From NCBI GenBank assembly GCA_965215505.1, contig OZ244065.1, positions 5,760,001 through 5,824,000 on the forward strand: a DNA stretch of 64,000 bases, given 5' to 3'. Source of the stretch: Capsulimonadaceae bacterium. GTDB lineage: Bacteria; Armatimonadota; Armatimonadia; Armatimonadales; Capsulimonadaceae. The position numbers and the translations under genes were made by a program. Below, one piece after another: positions 41,763-51,094 of this stretch; positions within the stretch are counted from its first letter, which is position 1; each line of letters starts with the position of its first letter. The notes under the pieces are model-generated. The model ran no database searches. It was not told the DNA's origin and worked only from the letters and a program-made list of their open reading frames with translations.

Positions 41763-43640
41763 TCAGGCGGCTCTCCGCCGCTGCTGTTCCAGATGGACGC
41801 TGAGGATGGCGATGTCGGCGGGGGTGACGCCGGGGACGCGGGCCGCCTGGCCGAGCGACACGGGGCGGACGCGGGTGAGTGTGTCCCGGCTCTCGTTGGA
41901 GAGGGTACGGACGGCGCGGAAGTCGAAGGCGGTCGGGATGGGGACATCCTCGCGGCGGCCCGCCGAGGCCACCTGGGCGGACTGGCGCTGTATGTAGCCG
42001 TCGTACTTGCAGCCGATCTCGACCTGCTCGGTTACGGCGCGCGGCAGGGGCTTTGCCAGAGGCGGCGCGAGGGCGGCGACCGTCTCATAGGTGACGCCGG
42101 TGCGCTTCAGGAGGTCGGACAGCGGGACGCGCTGGGAGACGGGCAGCAGGCCGTGCTCGGCCAGCCGGGCGTTGTCCGCGCCGCTGACGGGCGTGGTTTC
42201 GAGGCGGCGCGTTTCGGCGGCGATGGCGTCCCGCTTGCGGGTGAACAGGTCCCAGCGGTCGTCGGGGACCAGGCCGGCGGCGCGGCCCAGACCGGTCAGG
42301 CGCAGGTCGGCGTTGTCCTGGCGCAGCAGCAGGCGGTACTCGGCGCGCGAGGTCAGCAGGCGGTACGGCTCGTCCGCGCCCTTCGTCACCAGGTCGTCAA
42401 TCATCACGCCCAGGTACGCCTCGGAACGCTTCAGCACAAATGGGGCGCGGCCCTGAGAATACAGGGCGGCGTTCGCGCCCGCCATCAGGCCCTGGCCCGC
42501 CGCCTCCTCGTAGCCGGATGTGCCGTTGATCTGGCCGGCCAGGAACAGGCCGGGCAGGCGCTTGGTCATCAGCGCGTGGGTCAGCTCGGTGGGCGGCACC
42601 GCGTCGTACTCGACCGCGTAGCCGGGGACCAGCATGACGCACTTCTCCAGGCCGGGGATGGTGTGCAGGAACTCCAATTGGACTTCCGCGGGGAGGGAGG
42701 TGCTGGTGCCCTGGACGTAGAGCGAGTCGGTGTCCCAGCCCTCCTGCTCCAGAAAGACCTGATGGCTGTCGCGGGTGCTGAACCGGACGATCTTGTCCTC
42801 GATGGACGGGCAGTAGCGCGGCCCCAGGCCCTCGATCATGCCGCCGTACATGGCGGACCGGTGCAGGTTCGCCTCAATGACGGCCTTGGTCCGCTCGTTG
42901 GTGTAGGTCAGCCACGACGGCAGCAGGTTCGTTTTGTCCGTTTTCGTGTGCAGAAAGGAGAACGGCGGCGTCTCCGGCTCGGACTCGATGGGGTTCGTTT
43001 TCGCGAAATCCACCGTTTTTTTATCTATGCGCGGCGTTGTCCCGGTTTTGAGCCGCAGGGTGGGGAAGCCGAGGCCGCGCAGGGTGTCCGAGAGCGCGCC
43101 CGCCGGCTTCTCGCCCAGCCGCCCGCCGTCCGTCCGCTCCGTACCCCGGTGCATGACGCCGCGCAGGAAGGTTCCGGTCGTGATGACGACGCTCTTGGCC
43201 CGGTACGCCTCCCCCTCCGCCGTTCTCAGCCCCGTGACCGCGCCGTTCTTGACGACCAGGTCTTCGACCACGCCCTCGCACAGAGTTAGATTGGGGGCGA
43301 CCTCCAAGGTGTGCCGCATGGCCCGGCTGTAGGCGTCCTTGTCGCACTGAGCGCGGATCGCCTGCACGGCGGGGCCTTTGCCGGTGTTGAGCATCCGAAT
43401 GTGTGAGACCGTTTTGTCGGCGTTGACGCCCATCTGTCCGCCCAATGCGTCCACCTCACGGACGAGGTGGCCCTTGGCCGGGCCGCCGATGGAGCAGTTG
43501 CAGGGCATCAGCGCCACTTTGTCGAGCGACAGGGTCAGGCACAATGTCTGCGCCCCGAGCCGGGCGGATGCGAGGGCGGCCTCGGCCCCCGCGTGGCCCG
43601 CGCCGATGATGATCACGTCATAGTCGTACATCGGCATCAT
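41763..43640 (-). CDS. mnmG: tRNA U34 carboxymethylaminomethyl modification enzyme
   Basis: [38 protein letters not shown]. Confidence 0.98.
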   Translation of the reverse strand: MMPMYDYDVIIIGAGHAGAEAALASARLGAQTLCLTLSLDKVALMPCNCSIGGPAKGHLVREVDALGGQMGVNADKTVSHIRMLNTGKGPAVQAIRAQCDKDAYSRAMRHTLEVAPNLTLCEGVVEDLVVKNGAVTGLRTAEGEAYRAKSVVITTGTFLRGVMHRGTERTDGGRLGEKPAGALSDTLRGLGFPTLRLKTGTTPRIDKKTVDFAKTNPIESEPETPPFSFLHTKTDKTNLLPSWLTYTNERTKAVIEANLHRSAMYGGMIEGLGPRYCPSIEDKIVRFSTRDSHQVFLEQEGWDTDSLYVQGTSTSLPAEVQLEFLHTIPGLEKCVMLVPGYAVEYDAVPPTELTHALMTKRLPGLFLAGQINGTSGYEEAAGQGLMAGANAALYSQGRAPFVLKRSEAYLGVMIDDLVTKGADEPYRLLTSRAEYRLLLRQDNADLRLTGLGRAAGLVPDDRWDLFTRKRDAIAAETRRLETTPVSGADNARLAEHGLLPVSQRVPLSDLLKRTGVTYETVAALAPPLAKPLPRAVTEQVEIGCKYDGYIQRQSAQVASAGRREDVPIPTAFDFRAVRTLSNESRDTLTRVRPVSLGQAARVPGVTPADIAILSVHLEQQRRRAA

Positions 43641-43930
43641 TTCTCGTCACGCGGCGCGGCGGCCGGGCGTAGGAACAGGAGCTTCTCCGGGCGCGGCTCG
43701 CGCTCGTTCCAAAGCTTCTCCAGCCTGCCGAGAGTTTTGGCCTTATCGTAGGCGTCTATGTCACCGATGACATGAACGGGGATGTGTATGAAGGTGTACC
43801 ACTCGGAGGTGCGCTCCTCAATCGCCCCGGTGTAGATTTTGAGACTGATCTTGCGGGCTTTCGCCTCAGCATAGAGCCAGTCTGCGATCTCTTGAAATAG
43901 CCCCTGCGATGTACTCTCTTTCAACACCAT
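43637..43930 (-). CDS. Small hypothetical protein downstream of HEPN gene
   Basis: 97-aa ORF tightly coupled to both neighbours. Confidence 0.65.
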   Translation of the reverse strand: MVLKESTSQGLFQEIADWLYAEAKARKISLKIYTGAIEERTSEWYTFIHIPVHVIGDIDAYDKAKTLGRLEKLWNEREPRPEKLLFLRPAAAPRDEK

Positions 43931-43936
43931 GATCTC

Positions 43937-44341
43937 TCACCTTTCCGGGAGGATGTCGCTCATAATCCGGACGATGTACCGGGAGTCTTTTCCGGCACGC
44001 TGCACACGGCTAGTTCCTATGATCTCGGCACCTTCATAATCAGCCGCAACCCGGAGACGGTACAGATCGGTCAGCCTTTGCGCCAGGTCATTCCGCCCAC
44101 TCCTGGAGCGGATCAGAGGCCGTAACTGGTCTTGTAAAAGTTGGGGCGTGTCAACATGGCTCCATGCCTCACGCCCTTCCGGTGGTGTCAGGCCCCGGTA
44201 CAGCAGCAAAGCCGTCACCGCCTGATAGGCGGCGTAGTAGTACCGGCTGGCGGCGGGACGCAGGCACCCGCCGGCCTCCGCGAGCCGCGCGGCCTCTTCC
44301 GACTCCCGCGCCATCTGCTGCCATAACTGCCAAGCGTCCAT
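43937..44341 (-). CDS. HEPN domain protein
   Basis: SRYYYAAYQA, RVAADY; AGGAG RBS; TGnTATAAT at 44376-44384. Confidence 0.85.
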   Translation of the reverse strand: MDAWQLWQQMARESEEAARLAEAGGCLRPAASRYYYAAYQAVTALLLYRGLTPPEGREAWSHVDTPQLLQDQLRPLIRSRSGRNDLAQRLTDLYRLRVAADYEGAEIIGTSRVQRAGKDSRYIVRIMSDILPER

Positions 44342-44376
44342 GCCTGCTCCTCGTCCGTGCCTTGTGTCCGCCTTTA

Positions 44377-44850
44377 TTATAGCACATCGGAGGGGTCGGG
44401 CTGGCCGGAGTCTGGTGCCCGCCGCCGCTCGTAGTTGCGGCGCAGGAAGGTGGCGGCGTTGGAGACGTCTTCCTCGGAATGGATGAAGAAGCTGACCCAG
44501 GCGGACTGCGGGAAGATGTGGTGCGGCAGCGCCTGGCCTTCCTGCACGGCCTCATCCCGGAGCGCCTTGCTGAAGGGGATGTCGAGCAGCCCGTTGCCGT
44601 GCAGGTGCCCGATCTCGCGGCGGCCCTGCGCGGTGTTGAGGACGAACTCGGTGCCGCCGAAGCGGTGCATCCGCGTCGAGACGTCGGGCCAGGACAGAAT
44701 AACGGTCTCGACGCGGTGCATGGCGGCCAGTCGTTCCCGGTGGAGCAGGGCAGTCTTTCCCATCAGGAGCGTGTCGAAGAGGGAGGGCAGGCCGGGGACG
44801 TGGCGCAGGGGGGAGAGGCGTCGGGCCGCCCAGGCCAGAACGTCGGTCAT
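44377..44850 (-). CDS. DUF5519 / luciferase-like family protein
   Basis: HRFGGTEF, EIGHLHG, PHHIFP.S.WV. Confidence 0.8.
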   Translation of the reverse strand: MTDVLAWAARRLSPLRHVPGLPSLFDTLLMGKTALLHRERLAAMHRVETVILSWPDVSTRMHRFGGTEFVLNTAQGRREIGHLHGNGLLDIPFSKALRDEAVQEGQALPHHIFPQSAWVSFFIHSEEDVSNAATFLRRNYERRRAPDSGQPDPSDVL

Positions 44851-44851
44851 G

Positions 44852-45934
44852 TCAGCGCCCCCCTGCCTGTTCCCGCTCGCAGTCCGCCTTGATGCGGTCC
44901 ATGACGCGGACATGCACCTGTCGGGCGATGCTGCCGGCCCACAGGTCGTAGTACCAGGACGGGTAGACATACAGCTCATACCAGGAGGTGCCGGTCAGGG
45001 TCGTGCTGCCGTCGCCGTTGTCCTGAAGGACGAACTGGCCGCGAAGGACGCGGGCGTGGCCCAGGATCTCGGGGTCGCGCGGCTGGTGGGTGATGTCGAA
45101 CGTCAGCCGCTTGCCCGGCTGCCACTCGACGATGCGCTCTTCGAAGACGCGGCCCTGGCTGAAGACGCACCGGCGGCTTGCGCCGACTCCCTGGCCCGAG
45201 ACGGTGGCCTGGACCGGGTAGGGGAGGCCCATCCTGAACAGCCAGAAGTCCGGCTTCTCCGTGATCACCGGCACGGCAGCCAGGTGCGTCCACACCTGGG
45301 CGGGCGGCGCGTGGATGACGATCCGGTCCGAGACGGCGTTCTCGTAGTGGTGCGGCGAGACCACGTCGAAGGCCAGGAAGGCCAGCGCGAGCGGGACGAG
45401 GGACAGGTTGAGGCGGCCGTTGGCGAACCCGAACAGCCACCGGCCCAGCAGGGCACCCAGGAAAACGAAGCTGAGGATCAAGGGGGACACGATGACCAGG
45501 CAGATCACGCCCTCGTGCATGAAGATGCCCGCCGTCACCAGGCCCAGGGCGTTGTTCACCAGCGAGTACAGGAAATACTCGGTCGTGGTCAGGGCAAGCC
45601 CCTTCCAGAAGAACGCCGTGACCAGGCCCATGACGAGCGGGACGAGGATGAAGTCGGAGGAGATCAGGACGCTGGCCGCATCCCCGTTGAGTCTGGTCAG
45701 CCAGAACCCCAGCCCGATGAGGCCCGCCGCCACGACGTTCGCCGCCAGAAGGCCCCCGGCGATCAGGCCGCGCTTCTGCTTGGCGACCGGGCCGACGGCC
45801 CGGCCGTCCACGACGGGTGCTACCCAGGCCGCGCCCTCCAGGGGCGTCACAACGGAGGTCTGGCAGTACGGGCAGATGATCGTGCCCGCCGTGACGGGCT
45901 GGCCGCAATGGGGGCAGGGGTGCGTGTTCTCCAT
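44852..45934 (-). CDS. Membrane protein with zinc ribbon and SRPBCC domain
   Basis: CPHC..CPYC, TM helices, EGVIC, IHAPPAQVW. Confidence 0.75.
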   Translation of the reverse strand: MENTHPCPHCGQPVTAGTIICPYCQTSVVTPLEGAAWVAPVVDGRAVGPVAKQKRGLIAGGLLAANVVAAGLIGLGFWLTRLNGDAASVLISSDFILVPLVMGLVTAFFWKGLALTTTEYFLYSLVNNALGLVTAGIFMHEGVICLVIVSPLILSFVFLGALLGRWLFGFANGRLNLSLVPLALAFLAFDVVSPHHYENAVSDRIVIHAPPAQVWTHLAAVPVITEKPDFWLFRMGLPYPVQATVSGQGVGASRRCVFSQGRVFEERIVEWQPGKRLTFDITHQPRDPEILGHARVLRGQFVLQDNGDGSTTLTGTSWYELYVYPSWYYDLWAGSIARQVHVRVMDRIKADCEREQAGGR

Positions 45935-45981
45935 AGCCCATTATAGCAGAGGTTACCGCCGTCGAGCCACTTTGAATGTGT

Positions 45982-48900
45982 TCACTTCTCCATCAGCACG
46001 GCAGGGTCGGCCCCGATGAAGCCGCGCAGGCTCTCGACGTACTCAGGCTCCTCGGCCCGCTCGCACTGTGCCTGCGCCCGGCCCAGGCGAGCGGTCACGT
46101 CCTGGCGCAGCGCCGGAGAGAGGGGGTTGGGCTTGTTCAGGAAGTCGCGCAGGGTGCGGATGTGCCGCTTCCACAGGCGGACCTCGATGGCCTGCTGGGT
46201 CTGGAGGCGCTCCCGATACCAGTCGCTCCCCCACAGCGACTCGCGGGTGAAGAGGGCGCGGACGGCGGGGTCGTTGATGCCCTGTCCCTCATGCACGCCG
46301 TCGCGCATGACGTGGAGGAGGGCGTGGAGGGGCGGGCAGGCGAGGGCAATGGAGCCGTCATCGAAGTAGTTCTCGGCGATTCGCTTCTGGGTCGAGACGA
46401 TGTTGTCTATGCCGTCCACGAACGAGTCGAGGTCCTGCGTTTCGGGGCGCAGCATCTCACGCGTGAACACGTCGTTCGGGTTGTCGAAGACGATGCCGAA
46501 GAAGGTGCGGACGAAATGGGGCGTGATGCGCCAGCCCAGCCGGCTCGCCAGGACCGTCTTGCCCTCGTGTTCGAAGTCCTCCAGCTTTTCGAGGTAATTG
46601 TTCTCCAGGAGGTACTGCGGGTCGCGCTCCGCGACCTCCATGCGCGACCAGATCTCGGGGATGAGCAGGCTGATGTCGTGGTCCACGCGGAACTGGGGGC
46701 CGACGAAGCCGGCCGCCGTGGCGAAGGCGTTCGCGCCGGTCAGGATGTGTGAGACGAGAGCGTTGTTCAGGTCAATGATGGGGGCGAGGGCGTTGAACGG
46801 GCCTTTGGTCAGCGCGCCTTCGGAGCCGGTGCCGGTCGTTGACGGCGACTTGCCGGTGAGGCTGCTGATCAGCTCCATGAACAGCTCGGGCGTCTCCTGG
46901 TAGTGGACCGGGTTGTAAACGGCGAGCGACCGGATGCCCGGCTCGGGCGGGTTCAGGCGGCGGCCCGGCAGGACGGCGTTGACGGGGGCGGGCAGGGGCT
47001 GGTCGGGAGGGGTCTGCCGGTACAGCCGCATCCCGGTTTCGGACAGGTAGGCGGGCCTGGGGTCCTTCAGGTCGCCACGGATCTGGAGGTAGCGCGGGTT
47101 CTTGGTGGGCTTGCCGTCCACGATGCGCGGGTGGGCGGACGAGACGAAGAAGCCGGGCGTCTGGGCGGCGCGGCGGATGACGCCCTGCATGGGCGGGGTG
47201 AACTCGCTCAGGGTGACGGCGGAGGCGACCAGTTCCTGGGCGTCCTTCTGAGTCAGCGGGGCATAGTTGGAGAAGAAGTTACCCGGCAGGGCGAAATCGG
47301 CCTCGGTGAGCTTGTCGTACCCCCGATGGATGGCCTCGTCGGGCCGCTGGAACAGGCGGCGCTCGGTGTTCTCGACGACCTTGAACCCGGCGGGGCCGTT
47401 ATAGCGTGGGTTGAGGTTGTGCAATCGGTCGGCGGGGACAACGAGGGAGGCGGTGATGTCGTCTTCCAGTTGCAGCTTCTCGGCCGGGACGAAATCGGAG
47501 CGCAGGGTGAAGATGCGCCAGTTGCCATCGGCGGTGAAGCCGACACGGGCGTAGTGCGCGAGCAGCTTCTCGCCCCGGAAGCGGAGTTCATTGCCGGGCC
47601 GGCCGTTGACCAGGTCCACGCTGAAATGCGCGCGCCAGTCGTCGCCCATCTCGGGCTGGTAGAACCGCTTGACGAGGTAGACCAGCTCCTTGATGGTGAA
47701 CGGGATGGTGCCGAGCCACTGGTTGTACTCGGGCGTGTAGAGGGTCCCCGAGGGCGTGAGCAGCTTGATGACCGAGCCGAGCGAGCGCTCGGGGCTGAGA
47801 ATCGGGCGGCTGTCCCCACCCGCCCGGCCCCGGAACCGGTCCGAGTAGTCGCGGGTCAGGACGGCGGCCACGGCGTCCATGTCCTTGTGGAAGTCGGCGA
47901 TGAAGAACGGGGCGTGCATGATTGAGTCCGAAATGGACTTAGAGATTTCGGACTTGCCGCCGCCGGAGACGGTGGAGGGCTTGTGGCACAGTGTCCCTTC
48001 CGCCGTGGTCCCGACGAGCCGCCACTGACCCGAGTCGGCCTCCTTCTCCAGCCTTATCTTATAGCCCGCCGGGACGACGTAGGTGATCTTCGGGTCGAGC
48101 GGCAGGGCGTGCCGCCCGCTCAGGTTCTGCCAGCGGACGGTCTGCGTGTTCAGGTTGATCTCGACGTTCTCGGGGACGTAGTAGATGTCCGGGTGGCTCT
48201 TGTCAACGCCGTACCCCTCCTTCTGGATCTCCATCCGGTCGCCGAACATCCTTCGGACCTGCTCGAAGGTGTGCTTCGTCTTGGGCAGGTGCGTGGCGAC
48301 GCTAAAGAGCTTGCCTAAATCATATTGCGGGTGGACAAGGGCACCGCCCGCGTGTTCCTCCTCCACCATGCCGAGCAGGTTGGCGGCGAAGTTGATCTGG
48401 GTCTTGACCTCTTTCTTGCAGTAGCCGTAGTAGTTGTCGGCGATGACCGTCACCATGACGCCCTGGGCGTCCCGCGCGGTGGCTTTAAATGCGTCGCCGT
48501 TATTATAAAGCTCGTCGGGGGAAGCCCAGCACATCCGGTCGCGCTTCTGGCGGTCGGTGGCGTCATCGTGGTGGGGCAGGCCGAGCGACTTCTTGGTCAG
48601 GGTCGTCAGGTGGGGGGCGAGGATGACGTAGCCGGTGTGTCCGGTCCAGTGTTCGATGTCCAGCCCGGCGTCATTCTCGGGCAGGTGCGGGTCGCCGGCG
48701 TTGCCGAAGATGTTCTCGATGAAGTCCACATTGCTGACGAGGTTGCCGGGGACGAGGAAGCGCACCTCCATCGTCTTGCGCGGCGTCACGCCCGGCACGC
48801 CGGGGACGACGAGCGGGCGCGTCATCAGCGAGACGAACGTCTCGACCGGCTTTTCGCTCTGGGCCGTGAAGGGCAGCCGCAGCAGGGAGCGCGGGGCGTC

Positions 48901-49413
48901 CAGGGCGGCGCGCAGGAGGCCCGCGAAGGCGACCTTGGGGATGGCGACCTTGTCGTAGGGGATGGGTGCCCCGCCCTCCGCCACATGGAAGACGCCCTGC
49001 GTGGTCCTTCGGTCGCTCTTGGGGTTGTGCAGGACGCCCTGCCCGTGCCCCAGCCGGTAGGAGCTGACGATGTCCGACTCGAAATGGTCGTCGTCTTCGG
49101 GCAGGGACAGCTCGCGGGCCATGCCGAGCCGGTCCAGGATGAAGCTCTGACCCAGGCCGGGCAGCTTGATTGGCGGCTCGGGGGAAACGTCGGCCAGGTA
49201 GCGGTCCAGGAAGGCCTGCGCGCGGGCGTCCAATGGGCTAGGCTCGGCGTAAGACAACCGGATGCGCTCCTTGAGGTGCGCGACGACCTCATGGGGGATG
49301 GTGAGGCGCGAGACGAAATCGTCCCGGCCCATCTCGCCGCCGGAAACCATCAGCTTGAGCTTGATGTAGTCGTTGAGTTCCTGGCGCTCGGCGGTCGGGT
49401 CGGGGATTGTCAT
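45982..49413 (-). CDS. Probable PPi-type phosphoenolpyruvate carboxykinase
   Basis: 1143 aa; HNPKSDRRTT, DNYYGYCKKEVKTQI, CHKPSTVSGGGKSEISK, GKSPSTTG.GSEGALTKGPFN recognised from this family. Confidence 0.8.
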   Translation of the reverse strand: MTIPDPTAERQELNDYIKLKLMVSGGEMGRDDFVSRLTIPHEVVAHLKERIRLSYAEPSPLDARAQAFLDRYLADVSPEPPIKLPGLGQSFILDRLGMARELSLPEDDDHFESDIVSSYRLGHGQGVLHNPKSDRRTTQGVFHVAEGGAPIPYDKVAIPKVAFAGLLRAALDAPRSLLRLPFTAQSEKPVETFVSLMTRPLVVPGVPGVTPRKTMEVRFLVPGNLVSNVDFIENIFGNAGDPHLPENDAGLDIEHWTGHTGYVILAPHLTTLTKKSLGLPHHDDATDRQKRDRMCWASPDELYNNGDAFKATARDAQGVMVTVIADNYYGYCKKEVKTQINFAANLLGMVEEEHAGGALVHPQYDLGKLFSVATHLPKTKHTFEQVRRMFGDRMEIQKEGYGVDKSHPDIYYVPENVEINLNTQTVRWQNLSGRHALPLDPKITYVVPAGYKIRLEKEADSGQWRLVGTTAEGTLCHKPSTVSGGGKSEISKSISDSIMHAPFFIADFHKDMDAVAAVLTRDYSDRFRGRAGGDSRPILSPERSLGSVIKLLTPSGTLYTPEYNQWLGTIPFTIKELVYLVKRFYQPEMGDDWRAHFSVDLVNGRPGNELRFRGEKLLAHYARVGFTADGNWRIFTLRSDFVPAEKLQLEDDITASLVVPADRLHNLNPRYNGPAGFKVVENTERRLFQRPDEAIHRGYDKLTEADFALPGNFFSNYAPLTQKDAQELVASAVTLSEFTPPMQGVIRRAAQTPGFFVSSAHPRIVDGKPTKNPRYLQIRGDLKDPRPAYLSETGMRLYRQTPPDQPLPAPVNAVLPGRRLNPPEPGIRSLAVYNPVHYQETPELFMELISSLTGKSPSTTGTGSEGALTKGPFNALAPIIDLNNALVSHILTGANAFATAAGFVGPQFRVDHDISLLIPEIWSRMEVAERDPQYLLENNYLEKLEDFEHEGKTVLASRLGWRITPHFVRTFFGIVFDNPNDVFTREMLRPETQDLDSFVDGIDNIVSTQKRIAENYFDDGSIALACPPLHALLHVMRDGVHEGQGINDPAVRALFTRESLWGSDWYRERLQTQQAIEVRLWKRHIRTLRDFLNKPNPLSPALRQDVTARLGRAQAQCERAEEPEYVESLRGFIGADPAVLMEK

Positions 49414-49430
49414 AGGGGGTTTGTTCCATA

Positions 49431-49479
49431 AGAAAACAGCCCCCAGCCCCGGCGCGTGACTACGCCGGAGCCGGGGGCT
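49431..49479 (-). terminator. Terminator-like hairpin after gltD
   Basis: AGCCCCC...GGGGGCT stem followed by GTTTTCT on the minus strand. Confidence 0.55.
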
Positions 49480-49514
49480 TCATCGCCTCGGCAGTGTGAT
49501 CTTAGAGCAGAATG

Positions 49515-50999
49515 TTAAGGCAGGCTCGTCTCGCCCATCAAATAGCGGTCGCACTCGCGGGCCGCCTCGCGGCCCTCGTTGAAGGCCCAGACGACCAGGC
49601 TCTGGCCGCGCCGGGCGTCGCCCGCCGCGAAGACACCGGGGAGGCTGGTCGTGTAGCGGCCGTACTCGGCCTTGACGTTGGAACGGGCGTCCCGCTCGAC
49701 GCCGAGCTGCTGGAGCAGGCCGTCCTCGGGACCAAGAAAACCCATCGCCAGAAGGACGAGCTGGGCGGGCGAGACTTTCTCCGAGCCGGGGACCTCGACG
49801 GGCACGAACCGGCCCTTCTCGTCCTTCTGCCAGTCAAGCTCGACGGTGTGGACCTCTTTGACGTGGCCGTCCTCGTCGCCGACGAACTTCTTGGCCGTGG
49901 TGCAGTAGACGCGCGGGTCATTGCCGAAGACGGCCAGGGCCTCCTCCTGGCCATAATCCAGGCGGTACACTTTGGGCCACTGTGGCCAGGGGTTGTCCAG
50001 GGCACGCGCCATGGGCGGCTTGGGCAGCATCTCGAGCTGGACAAGGCTGTGGCAGACGTGGCGCATGGAGGTCCCGACGCAGTCCGTCCCGGTGTCGCCG
50101 CCGCCGATGACGACGACGTCCTTGCCTTCGGCGGAGATGAAACCATGGTTCGGATCGCCGTCCAGGACGTTCTGGGTGTTGGCGGTCAGGAAGTCCATCG
50201 CGTAGTGGATGCCCTTGAGGTCGCCGCCCTCGATGCCGGACAGGCCGCGCGGCTTGGTCGCGCCGGTCGCGAGGATGACGGCGTCGAACTCCCTCATCAG
50301 CAGGTCAGCCGAGTAATCCTTGCCGACCTCGGTGTTCGTCAGGAAGGCAATGCCCTCCTGCTCCATCAGATTGACGCGGCGGTCTACGAGTTCCTTGCCC
50401 AGCTTCATGTTGGGGATGCCGTAGGTCAGCAGGCCGCCGACGCGGTCGCCGCGCTCGAAGACCGTGACAAGATGACCGGCCTTGTTGAGCTGGGCGGCGG
50501 CGCACAGCCCCGCCGGGCCAGAGCCGATGACGGCGACGCGCTTGCCGGTGCGCGACTCGGGCGGCTCGGGGACGATCCAGCCCTCCTCCCAGCCCTTGTC
50601 CACGATGGCGCACTCGATGTTCTTGATCGTGACCGGCGGCGCGCTGATGCCCAGCACACAGGCCCCCTCGCAGGGGGCGGGGCAGACCCGTCCGGTGAAC
50701 TCGGGGAAGTTGTTGGTCTTGTGCAGCCGGTCCAGGGCTTCGCGCCACAGGCCCCGGTAGACCAGGTCGTTCCACTCGGGGATCAGGTTGTTGATCGGGC
50801 AGCCGGACGCCATGCCGTTGAGCAGGGTGCCGGTGTGGCAGAAGGGGATGCCGCAGTCCATGCAGCGCGCGCCCTGTTCGCGCAGCTTCTTCTCGCCCAG
50901 GTGCAGGTGGAACTCTTTCCAGTCCCGGATGCGCTCGGTCGCGGTCCGGTCCAGGGGGAGTTCGCGCAGGTATTCAATAAAGCCCGTGGGTTTGCCCAT
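49515..50999 (-). CDS. gltD: Glutamate synthase small subunit
   Basis: [33 protein letters not shown]. Confidence 0.97.
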   Translation of the reverse strand: MGKPTGFIEYLRELPLDRTATERIRDWKEFHLHLGEKKLREQGARCMDCGIPFCHTGTLLNGMASGCPINNLIPEWNDLVYRGLWREALDRLHKTNNFPEFTGRVCPAPCEGACVLGISAPPVTIKNIECAIVDKGWEEGWIVPEPPESRTGKRVAVIGSGPAGLCAAAQLNKAGHLVTVFERGDRVGGLLTYGIPNMKLGKELVDRRVNLMEQEGIAFLTNTEVGKDYSADLLMREFDAVILATGATKPRGLSGIEGGDLKGIHYAMDFLTANTQNVLDGDPNHGFISAEGKDVVVIGGGDTGTDCVGTSMRHVCHSLVQLEMLPKPPMARALDNPWPQWPKVYRLDYGQEEALAVFGNDPRVYCTTAKKFVGDEDGHVKEVHTVELDWQKDEKGRFVPVEVPGSEKVSPAQLVLLAMGFLGPEDGLLQQLGVERDARSNVKAEYGRYTTSLPGVFAAGDARRGQSLVVWAFNEGREAARECDRYLMGETSLP

Positions 51000-51041
51000 G
51001 TGTGATTACCGTGTCTTCTAAAGTGGCTCTGCGGCCACAGC

Positions 51042-51086
51042 AACGATTCCAGTCCAGAAACGATCCCAGTCCAGAAACGATCCCAG
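51042..51086. repeat. 17-bp tandem repeat (about 2.6 copies) between gltB and gltD
   Basis: AACGAT(T/C)CCAGTCCAGA twice plus AACGATCCCAG. Confidence 0.85.
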
Positions 51087-51094
51087 AGGCGAAC

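Noticed and set aside
51042-51086. Possible mini-CRISPR array
   Set aside because: Repeats are 17 bp, directly adjacent with no spacers, and no cas genes are present
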